A stretch of DNA of 37,387 nt from Chrysochromulina tobinii (lineage: Eukaryota), in contig JWZX01003368.1 of NCBI GenBank assembly GCA_001275005.1, positions 1 through 37,387 of the forward strand, given 5' to 3'. The translations under genes and the position numbers were made by a program. Numbering within the stretch: the first letter of the stretch is position 1; each line of letters starts with the position of its first letter. The notes under the pieces are model-generated. The model worked only from the letters and a program-made list of their open reading frames with translations. It ran no database searches and was not told the origin of the DNA. Of this stretch, positions 1 through 9,044 are shown in pieces.

Positions 1-2
1 TG

Positions 3-1090
3 CTGCTGCCTCAGGGGAACTCGCCGCGCACAAGCCTCGTGTCCGAGCGCCACGGCATCGAGTTTCGGCAGGTTTGGAAGGTGGCAAGTTCATCGCTCGC
101 CTCATTCTTCTACTGCAACATGTGGGGATCCCTGCGACTCGACAAGCTGCCGCCTAACCAGCCGTTGCCAAAGCGCGCGATGGGCACAGGTGCATCGGCC
201 CCTCGGCTCATTGCTTTCCTGTCCCGTGAGCCAATCAGCCGCTTCGTGGCCTCGTGCTTCGAGGTCCTTGTGCGGCTCCTCAATCATGTCTCGCCAAGCG
301 GGGAGCGAATGCCCGCCGAAATGTACACGGAGCCCAAGGGCCCGTTCTCGCCGAGCGTGCTGCGGCACGGCACGAGCTGGTATGGGCCGCTGCTGCGCAC
401 GCTCAATGCCTCGAGCGCATCGGAGCGAAGGCTGGAGCTCACCGCCCTCGCCAACGGCTTCATCGAAGACATCGAGTGCGCCATCGTCTACACTGCTGCA
501 GAGCATCTCGCCACCCAAATGTCGTTCATTACGAGCGGGTACGAGGAGCGCTCGACGCGCCCCGATGAGATTGCATGTTAATTGCATGTTGATAACATGT
601 AGATAACATGCTGATGGCCTCCCTCATCAGGTACGAGGAGCGCTCGACGCTCGACTTCCAAATCCGGCTGGCCAACGCGACCGTCGACCTTGAGCGGCTC
701 GGGCGGCGCATTACGTACCAAACCCTGCATGGCGTCCCGCCGCATGCCAATACCTCCGTCTGGAAGTGCGCTCTCGGCCGGGAGAATGACGCCTCGAACA
801 AGGCAAAGCTTGCGTTCAGCAAGGCTGACTTCGTTAGCGTGCTCGAGCACAACCCCGCGTTCGTGCAGCGCCTGTGCACGGTTTACATTCAGGACTATCT
901 TTGCTTGGGCTTCGCGCTGCCGCCCGAGTGCGAGGGCGGACGAGAATTGCACCAATGGCCCCATCCTCGGCGGTCGGGCCGACGCGGCGCTCCAGTATCT
1001 GCTGTCGCTGCCCCCGCTGCCATGCAGGCCGCCGTCGCAGGGGACGTCCCTTACATGCAGGGGACGACGGGTTGGCGGACAAGTCAATGA
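3..1090 (+). CDS. Sulfotransferase family 2 (HNK-1/CHST-like) protein, 5'-partial; exons <3..538, 631..1090
   Basis: Frame is open from the window edge. PAPS-binding-like motifs FRQVWKVASSSL and FLSREPISRFVAS; C-terminal LCTVYIQDYLCLGF. Removing GT-AG intron 539..630 joins ORFs 39..581 and 608..1090 in frame (ITSG|YEERSTLDF). Confidence 0.8.
539..630 (+). other. Spliceosomal intron, family A, with exon duplication (phase 2)
   Basis: GT..CAG; 538-558 identical to 630-650 (ggtacgaggagcgctcgacgc); ends ctgatggcctccctcatcag; removal restores the frame. Confidence 0.9.
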
Positions 1091-1480
1091 GTTCCGAAGC
1101 TCACGAGCCGCGAGCCGCGCGCAGTGCCAGGGTGGCCTGCGGAGCCATGCTAAAACTCACTGGGATCATGGCGGTTGTAATCGCCATAACTGTTTTCCCA
1201 TTTTGAATACACAGCTGTCTCATTCGATAGTCCTGCCCTCCTGTACTGCAAACGCGAAACGGGGGCGGGATCGTCTGGTGTGTGGTAGATCGTAACGTAA
1301 TGGCTGATGCTCGACTTGAGAGATGCATGCGTGAGTTGCGTGGGTAGCTGGGTAGATGGTACGCGTACGGAGCCAGAACCGAACGCTCCGTTCACCTGCT
1401 TGCGTTCGGTTTTAATAGCATTTTCTACATACCGCAACTTGTTTACTATTTGGCTCTACGCTCATTGGAAAACGGCATCG

Positions 1481-2710
1481 TCAACCAAAAGGCCGACGCG
1501 CCCGATCATCAAAGAGTGCGAGATCGTCGGCGGCGGGCGAGAAGGCGTCGCCGCAGAAGGCAAAACGAATGGTACGTCGGCGGACGGCCTCAGTGGCGTG
1601 GCGCGCTGCTCGGCCCTCCCGCCAAGCGTCGTTGGTCAGGGCCCACGCGCCGTAATCAGCGCAGCACTGGAGTAGGAAGAGGTCGTCGTACTTGCCCGTG
1701 GGTGTAAGTGAGATGCACCCAAGCTGATCGACGTAGGCCAACTCAGGGTCGGCCGCATCCCAGCGGTTCTCGTTGAGTATGACAGCCATCTCGGCCGCGT
1801 GCAGCCGGCGCCCAGTCGTCCGGCGCAGGTAGTAGTCGACGCATAGGCGGATGCCACGCGCCTCGAACCGTGCGTCGCGGCTGTAGTTGAACGCGACGTT
1901 TGCGCCATCGATGATCAGCACGGGCGGGGGCAGCGCACGGGGCGGCCGCGGTACTGGTGCTGGTCCTGGGTCTGCAGCAACGAGCAGATTTGGTGCGAGA
2001 ACGGAGCCCGGCGCCGCGGACGAGCGTGCGGAGCCCTTTCGATCTCCAGCGCGATCTCCAGCGCGATCTCCCACGGCGGTGACCAGCGCATAGCTCGGCC
2101 CGCTCGAGCCTGCGATTGGTGGTGGCGGACATGGCGGCTGCAGCGGGAGCTGGCATGGGGTTCCAGCTGCAAGAGTGCCGCCCGAGAAGAATAGGTGGTC
2201 CCGAAGCGCCTCGCTACGATGCTTGCTGGATCGACGCATCGCACTCGCCGCACCCTCACGCCTCGCTGCGGCCTCGTCGTCCCTTTGCAGCTTCCACGCG
2301 AGGGCAGCAGAGGCGTCCTCACCAGCAACGTGATTTGCGAGCAGAGCACTGTGGCTACGTTGCTCCTCCTCCGCTTCAAGCTGCATGGCGAGTGCTAGCG
2401 ATGCGTCATCGTCTGGCAGAGGAGACGCTGATGCAGCCGCTCGTGCTGCCGCCGACTCAGCAGCGTGATTATGCTGCTGAGCCTCCTCCGCTTCAAGCTG
2501 CATGGCGAGAGCCAGCGATGCGTCATCGTCTGGAAGAGGAGATGCTAATGCAGCCGCATGTGCCGCAGCCACTGCCTCTGCATACGGTCCGCTGCCACGC
2601 GAAAGGAATGCGTCAACGTCCACCTCGACCGTCGAAGCATTGAAACAAGTCTTGAGTTGCTCCAGCGTGATCGCGGGATGAAGCAGCTCGGCAACTTGCT
2701 GCACATCCAT
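1481..2710 (-). CDS. NYN/PIN-fold RNase (Zc3h12a/Regnase/N4BP1-type domain) with repeated ubiquitin-binding-like helices
   Basis: C-terminal VLIIDGANVA...GIRLCVDYY...TPTGKYDDLFLL...LTNDAWRE carries the four-acidic-residue pattern of RNase_Zc3h12a. N-terminal DDDASLALAMQLEAEE x2 plus EDASAALAWKLQRDDE. Likely ATG at 2710. Confidence 0.85.
   Translation of the reverse strand: MDVQQVAELLHPAITLEQLKTCFNASTVEVDVDAFLSRGSGPYAEAVAAAHAAALASPLPDDDASLALAMQLEAEEAQQHNHAAESAAARAAASASPLPDDDASLALAMQLEAEEEQRSHSALLANHVAGEDASAALAWKLQRDDEAAARREGAASAMRRSSKHRSEALRDHLFFSGGTLAAGTPCQLPLQPPCPPPPIAGSSGPSYALVTAVGDRAGDRAGDRKGSARSSAAPGSVLAPNLLVAADPGPAPVPRPPRALPPPVLIIDGANVAFNYSRDARFEARGIRLCVDYYLRRTTGRRLHAAEMAVILNENRWDAADPELAYVDQLGCISLTPTGKYDDLFLLQCCADYGAWALTNDAWREGRAARHATEAVRRRTIRFAFCGDAFSPAADDLALFDDRARRPFG
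2365..2557. repeat. Intragenic duplication, period 117 nt, encoding ASPLPDDDASLALAMQLEAEE twice
   Basis: cctcctccgcttcaagctgcatggcgag...agcgatgcgtcatcgtctgg at 2365 and again at 2482. Confidence 0.85.
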
Positions 2711-2999
2711 CGTCCGGGCTGCAGAGCGGGCCGATCCCGCCAGCACCAAGCCAATCCCAATACCGCGAGTCGACAAGGAAAACGAGTGTCTTCCGGGCCG
2801 CTTGTGAATGGGCTGTAAATACATATGTTCACGCCGACTACTCGGAAATGTTGGAAGGGCACGCAGGATTAGGTAGGATTCTCATCACAGTTACATGTAC
2901 CCGCACGGTGTGAAACCACGCGTGCGGACGTTGCTGTTGCGGCAGTCGAACCCTGTATTGCGGCCGCACGCCACACGCACGCGCCTCAGCACTGGCCAC

Positions 3000-5900
3000 A
3001 TGGTCGCGGGCACGCCGTCCGGGCCGACGGCGTCGGCGCTGGCCTCGTCGATGCGCGCGTTGTACCCGTCGAGTGCCGACGCGACGGCCGTATCGTTGCC
3101 GACGGCGCTCATCTCGGCCGAGCGCCTGCCGCCGCCGAACCCCATGCTGCAAAAGGAGTACGCCAAGATCGGCGGCGCGGGCGCCGTACGCGCGGAGCCG
3201 GCGGCGTTACACTTTGCGGGCATCGAGATCGGCGCGGGCGGCTCGCTTGTGCAGAAGCTGCGGCTCATCAACAGCTCCGGCCACCCCATTCGCATGCACG
3301 TCCTTCCGCCGAGCACGCCCTTCTTCACGATCAGCTTCGAGAAGAAGGGCCGGCTGATGCCGGGCCTGGCCGAGGAGATCATGGTGCGCTTCGCGCCCAA
3401 CGAGGTGCGCTACTACCACGACACCATCAAGGTGCACCTCGGCGACGGCGACGAGAACTGCCTGCTGGTGCCGATCCACGCGTACCCGGCAGTCGGCGAG
3501 CTTGCCTTCCCGGCGCGCGTCGACTTCGGGATCGTGGCGCAGGGGCAGTCGCGCGAGCGCGTGCTGCCGCTACACTCGCCCGATGGCGCCGAGTTCGAGT
3601 GGCGCATCGAGGTGCGCCAACCGCACGCTGACTTTGTGATACAGCCGAGATCGGGCATCGTGCCCGCACGCGGCGAGGCGGCCATTGTCGTCACGTTCAC
3701 GCCGTCGCGTTTGGCCACGGCGCACTGCGTCTTCGAGCTGCTGATCGCGCAGCTCGGCTATGCGCCCAAAACGATCTCTCTCGTCGGCACGTCCGCGCCG
3801 CTCCAGGTCAAGGACGCGACGCTCGCCCGCTTGCGGCACAGCGAAGATGAGCGCCTGGCTTCCGAGGAGGCCGAGTTCCGGGGGCGCATGTTCCCAAACG
3901 GGGCGCGGCGGGCGGCGGGGGACGATCCGAGCTTGGACGATCCCGCTAGCGGCGCGGCGGGCGACCCGGCTCTCGCGCCCTCGGTGCTCACTGCGCCGCC
4001 CCCCACCGGCCTGATCGAAAAGATCGCCCACGAGGCGCCCTACGGCGGCGGCTCGGCGGGCGGTGACTATGTGACGCGCGCGCGCGCGGCGCAGCTGCGC
4101 GAGGCGATCGGCGACGCGTCCGTCGAGGTCAAGTACCGGGAGGAGCGCCCGTCATACCCCGAGGAAATGAAGGAGGGCTTGCGCGTGCCGCCCTTCCTCT
4201 CGAACCAGTATGCAGTCAACTCGATGCTGCTGCAGCAGCCGTATAAGATGCGGGTCTCGGACTTGCGAGTCGCCATCGAGGAGCAGCAGGCGGACGCGGC
4301 GCGCCAGCAGGAGGAGATGGAGCTCGCGGCGATGGCGAGCCTGCCAGTGCAGTCGCAGCTGCTACAGTCGCTCGGCAAGCGTGTCGATGACGTCATCGCG
4401 TACCTGTTCGCGCGCGATTCGAATGGCGTCGGAACCGTCACCCGCAAACAGTTCCTGGGCGTACGCCATTTGCTCAAGGTGGCGTGCCTGATGGCATCCC
4501 TCATCTGATGACGTGCTTGATGGCCTCCCTCATCTGATGACGTGCCTGATGGCCTCCCTCATCTGATGACGTGCCTGATTGCCTCCCTCATCAGGTGCCC
4601 ACGGCTACGGCGGCGGACATGGGCGAGTTCTTCGACGGGATGGACCACCTCAACGCGGGGGAGCTCGACTATATGCAGCTGCAACGTGTGGCCAAGCGGC
4701 GTGCGGCGACTTTGGGCGGCGGCACGGGGCGGATGGCGTCAACGTCCGTCGAGCCGGGAGAGCTCGACATCGCGCTGCAGGGCCCCGAGCGTACGCGCCA
4801 GCTCAAGGACATGCTCTTCATGAAGGAGGTGGATGCCATCGAGACGTACGAGAAGATGAAGGAGGTCAAGTCCTTCGTGGCCACCGGCCCGCCGCTGACG
4901 CAGCCGTTCATCATCGAGGCCACTCACCGCGCTCGCGACGTTTTCTACGCCGAGAAGAGGCGTGAGGAGCGCGCGGTGGCGCGCGCGCGCCAAGCGACCG
5001 AGCTGTCCGATCCGGCCAAGGTACGCGTCGAAATCTCCGAGCCCGTGGCGAAGCTTGCTGCCGACACGACGCCCAAGTTTGACTCGTATGAGGCTGAGGT
5101 GTGGGGAAAGCGCGAGGGGGTGATGTTCGACCTGCAGCTGGCGGTGCGCGTGGCCACACTACGCGCGCGCCTCAGCCGGCGCGTGGCTGCTGTGCATGCG
5201 GCGCTGGCCAAGGCCGGCATAGGGCTGCACGACAAGCACGCGGTCCATCAGCTTGTCCTCTCGCGCTCGAAGGCAGGTGGCGGCGGCGGCGGCAAGTCGG
5301 CCGGCCTCGGGAGCTCCTCAACCCTGTCCGACGGCACGGTCGGTGGTGGGGGCCTCTCCGCTCTGGCCAAGGCGGCCAAGGCTGTGGGGCTGAGCATGGA
5401 GGGCCTCGCGCCCTTCATATTTCCGGAGGCGCCCTCCAAGGGGGCAGGCGTGCCGCAGGGGGATCCTCTCCCCATCCTGCCGATTGAGCCGTTTGATGAA
5501 ACCAAGCTCTTCGCCCTTCGCGTGCCTCGCCGGTACGTGCAGATGGACTATCGCGAGGCGCTGCTGAGCGCGCCGGGCGCTTTCCCGCCAATGGTGGATG
5601 ATCGGCCGCTGCGCATCGGCGCGCCGTTTGAATCGGGCCGGTTGCTCCCGACTGGGACAGCTGTACCGGTGCCGGATACGTGGGGTCTGCCGTCGCTGCT
5701 GCTCATGCCGCCGCCGCGCCCGCCGCCGCCGCCCGAGCCCGCCGACCCAACTATGGATGACCTGTCGGCGACCAAGGCGCTGGGTGGCGACGAGGCCAAG
5801 GAGGCGGCCGGCGACGAGGAGGAAGATGCCGAGCTGTCTTGGGATGAGAAGCATCGGATGCATCTGGCCCAGCTCAAGCCGCCGATACTTGTGCAGGTGC

Positions 5901-6633
5901 ATCCGCGGGTCATGTGCCGCCCTCCTCGCGCTAATGGCCTCCCTCATTGCATGCTGATTGCCTCCCTCATTGCATGCAGGTGCATCCGCGGGTCATGTGC
6001 CGCCCTCCTCGCGCTGTGGAGACGGATGCGCGTCAGATGTTCCGCCCGATGCCGCTCACCTGCAACGAGTTTTGGAAGGCGGAGCCGATCGGCTTCGGAT
6101 CGGGCCTTGTGCTGCTCGAGGCCGCCTCCCTCTCAAGCGTGTGGCGGCGTACGGCGGACCCCTGGGCGGATGCAGTCGCCGAGCTACCCGAGCGAATGGA
6201 GGACGTCAACCCGCCCGACGCCGCAAAGGAGCTGTCGGAGGACGAGAGCGATACCGAGATCGACCCGTCGTTGCTCTTCCCGCCCTCGCTGGATAAAGTC
6301 GGCCAGATTTTCGACTTGCCGACGCTGCCGGAGGCCGGTACCCTTTTGCCCAACGAAGCCGCCGGCTCGGCCGCGGCCGCCGTGGACGCGAAGCAGGCGT
6401 CGCCGGCGGCGGCGGCGTCTGAGTCGGTCGACGATGGCGACGTGTCGATCGCGCCCGAGCGCGACCTCATCGTCGATGCTCAGTCGGAGCGAGCGCGCGC
6501 CGAGGCGGACCTCGAGCTGCAGGCCCGCCAGGCGCGACGCATGCAGAGGCTCCGGCTGCGCGAGCAGCTCGCCGCGCTCAACGAGCACATCGAGCAGCCT
6601 CGCCACCAACTGAGCCTCACGCAAGGAGCCTAA
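3000..6633 (+). CDS. CFAP221: Cilia- and flagella-associated protein 221 (PCDP1); exons 3000..4478, 4595..5896, 5980..6633
   Basis: Tandem ASH/PapD-like domains with CFAP221 signatures (LHFAG, HVLPPSTPFF, RYYHDTIKVH, LLVPIHAYP, QPRSGIVPA, LSNQYAVNSMLLQQPYKMRVSDLR). Two phase-0 introns join ORFs 2895, 4571 and 5947. EF-hand-like pair flanks intron 1. Start codon uncertain (2895/3000/3051). Confidence 0.88.
4479..4594 (+). other. Spliceosomal intron, family A, built of four tandem 29-nt units (phase 0)
   Basis: AAG|GTGGC followed by three (gtgcytgatggcmtccctcatctgatgac) units and gtgcctgattgcctccctcatcag|GTG; frame restored. Confidence 0.92.
5897..5979 (+). other. Spliceosomal intron, family A, with 41-nt perfect duplication (phase 0)
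   Basis: 5892-5932 identical to 5975-6015; insert aatggcctccctcattgcatgctgattgcctccctcattgcatgcag; frame restored. Confidence 0.92.
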
Positions 6634-6970
6634 TTAGGCAAGGAGCCCCGCGAGGGCGGGAGCAGCAGGGCACGCGTGAAAGTCAAGGACGATCATGGGA
6701 ACATTGTGGGGCGCGGTGTGTACCGGTCCTGGCGGCGACGGCGCGAGAGCCAGACCCAGTTCGCAAGCCACGTAAGACTAAAAGTGAGAGCCAGGCCGCG
6801 CAACCGGCCGCGCAACCAAGCGCGAAGTGTGCCTGTGAGGGACTGACTCACTTACACACTGACTCACTCACCCGTACCTGCATATGCCGTACCGAAAAGA
6901 TAGTGGGTGCGCACCTCTCCAAATTGTGTATGGCGACGGGTTATCCCGGCGTCGTTCATAGGGAGACGAC

Positions 6971-6994
6971 GACTTGACTTGACTTGACTTGACT
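6971..6994. repeat. (GACTT)n = (TCAAG)n pentamer microsatellite upstream of an ATG
   Basis: gacttgacttgacttgacttgact read directly. Confidence 0.9.
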
Positions 6995-7077
6995 ACATGT
7001 CCTGCCCGTGGCTTTGCGGTCTTTGCGGTCGAGTCGTCGAAAAGGCCGCCAGAGCTCCACAACAGGACGTGGACGCC

Positions 7078-7458
7078 ATGTTCGCAGCGCAGCTCGCGCT
7101 CTGGGCGCGGCGGGCGCGCCTACTTCCCATCGCGCAGCCGCTGCGGCTATTGGCGCTCTCGCCACCCCGACTGTCTTGCGTTGCCTCGGTGCAGCTGCCT
7201 GTCGACGCGCCTGCGAGCGGCGCGCTGCGCGATGTCGCGACTGCGGTGTTGCCCGCCTTGGCTGCGGCGTGGACGCTTTTCCCACCCGTCTTGGCAGACC
7301 TCATGCCGAGCATCCTGATGACCGGCAAGCGCCGAACTTCGGGCAAGAGCAAACGGCATCCAAAACCCGCCAATCACGGCGCGCGTGCCTGCAACCACGT
7401 CGGTAGGAGGCAGCGTGCTGCAGCAATTGGCAACCTAAAGTATGCGACGAAAAAGTAA
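7078..7458 (+). CDS. Small hypothetical protein: mitochondrial presequence-like N-terminus plus short, highly basic C-terminal peptide
   Basis: GCCATG context; MFAAQLALWARRARLL... is Arg/Leu-rich without acidic residues; C-terminus GKRRTSGKSKRHPKPANHGARACNHVGRRQR. No family recognised. Confidence 0.55.
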   Translation: MFAAQLALWARRARLLPIAQPLRLLALSPPRLSCVASVQLPVDAPASGALRDVATAVLPALAAAWTLFPPVLADLMPSILMTGKRRTSGKSKRHPKPANHGARACNHVGRRQRAAAIGNLKYATKK

Positions 7459-7755
7459 GTGCATCAGGTGACGCATCTGTTCTCTGTGTTGGGCGTGTAC
7501 TGCAAGCCGCCTCCGCACTCATGTGAAACTCATGTGTGCATCACTTTTGGCCCGCGACCTGATTTTAGATTTATCGTGAGGACGTTAATGGGCTATCGTG
7601 TCGAAGTATCGGCGCATCTCGCCAGGACACACGCACACACTTGCTCTCTACCCCAGAAAACGGCACGTCGTGGACCGCACGCGTTTCGGTTTCTACGGAG
7701 CCGATGGCGGGCCCGGCGCGGGACTGGGAGCGACATGGCCATGAAGGCCATGTGC

Positions 7756-8814
7756 TCATGGCAACTCTTCGAGCCCCTTTGCCGCCGCCTCCTTTCGCTC
7801 ACGCAGCTTGGCGGACATCGCCCGATTGATCGCCGCGAGCGCCGCGAGCCGCTTTCGCCGCTTGGAAGGGAGCACACGCACCGGCACCGCCCCCTCCCCG
7901 AGCGGCTCCCCGTACAGCGTCGCACTCACCTCGAGGCTCAGAGGGTCGCCGAGCTCCTCCTCGGAGCCAGGGCGAAGGAAGTCGGCGGCGGGGATGGCCT
8001 GACCGCCCACGTACACGTGGCAGTTGTAACGCACTTGGTCAGGGCGCGACTTCGCCGGGGGCTGCCGATGCATTCGCACCTCGACCAAGTTCGACGGCAA
8101 CAGCTCGCCCTTGTATCGCATCTCGATGGCGAGCGCGTCCGCCGGAGGGTCCTTCTCGGGCGTGCTCCCATCGGTGGTGCGCAGCAAGATGGTGAACGAG
8201 TGCGCCGCCGCGAGCGGCAGCTCGCGCGCCGCCCCCGGGATGAACGGCGGCCACACCTCGCTGCGTGCGAGATCAATCTGCGACAGCGTGCACTCGCGAA
8301 GGTGCTCGGCGGCGAGGCGCTCGTCGCGCTCCTGCTTGGCGCGCTGGCGCTCGCCGAGCACGACCTTGATCATGGCCATGCTCTTGCGCGTCGCCTGGAC
8401 ACGACCTAGGTGCGGCATCTTCGTCTTGCGCTTCTTGTGCAGCATGCGCGTGCTGTGCAACATGTTGCGCTCCCGGAGCAGCACGATCCAGAGCTTCTGC
8501 AAGTCCTCGTTGCTCTTCAGCCGCAACTCCGCGGCGCGCCAGCGGCGCCCGGGCTCACCCCGGTCTGGGTCCTTCTCGTAAGGATCGATGAACTGCAGCA
8601 ACGCCTCGCGCGATGCAGTCTCTGGGTCCTCCCACGTTGGCTTCGGTGGCCGGTCCGGCGGGCCACGAGGAGCGTAAGATTTCAGCGCAGGAGCGATTTG
8701 CAACGCTCGGCTGAGCACCGCCGTCGGAGCAGCCAGCACAGCGCACTGCGACGATGTGGCCAACATCGAGGCTGGCCGCAGCATCGCGGCTGGGCGACGG
8801 AGAAGCGAAAGCAT
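7756..8814 (-). CDS. MRPL47: Mitochondrial ribosomal protein L47 (uL29m) with C-terminal extension
   Basis: GRRWRAAELRLKSNEDLQKLWIVLLRERNML...RKSMAMIKVVLGER is the MRP-L47 signature; N-terminal presequence MLSLLRRPAAMLRP. Confidence 0.92.
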   Translation of the reverse strand: MLSLLRRPAAMLRPASMLATSSQCAVLAAPTAVLSRALQIAPALKSYAPRGPPDRPPKPTWEDPETASREALLQFIDPYEKDPDRGEPGRRWRAAELRLKSNEDLQKLWIVLLRERNMLHSTRMLHKKRKTKMPHLGRVQATRKSMAMIKVVLGERQRAKQERDERLAAEHLRECTLSQIDLARSEVWPPFIPGAARELPLAAAHSFTILLRTTDGSTPEKDPPADALAIEMRYKGELLPSNLVEVRMHRQPPAKSRPDQVRYNCHVYVGGQAIPAADFLRPGSEEELGDPLSLEVSATLYGEPLGEGAVPVRVLPSKRRKRLAALAAINRAMSAKLRERKEAAAKGLEELP

Positions 8815-9044
8815 AGGGTCCCGTGCCCCTTGTTCTTCAATTCACAACGCAACAAAAACGCTTCTTACGCACGCGATGTGCAACGCAAACTGCGCTCACA
8901 TTCTACCAATACACCTCGGAAATAACGACAGTAAAGTTCAGCGAGTTTTTGGGATTTGGGTTGAACGACGATGGTCTTCCTGGGCGCGGACTCCGACGGA
9001 CGGGCGGCCTCTTCCCTCGTGCCGCTCTGGCGCGCGCGGGGAGG

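Noticed and set aside
5933..6613. Extension of ORF 4571..6613 beyond 5896, and peptides such as LIASLI or DCLPHQ in several ORFs
   Set aside because: These are translations of the family A intron motif or off-frame readthrough, not protein.
7459..8409. Long antisense ORFs (e.g. 7459..8409, 9510..10406, 15087..15890, 18852..19823, 23376..24170)
   Set aside because: Shadows of GC-rich genes on the opposite strand.
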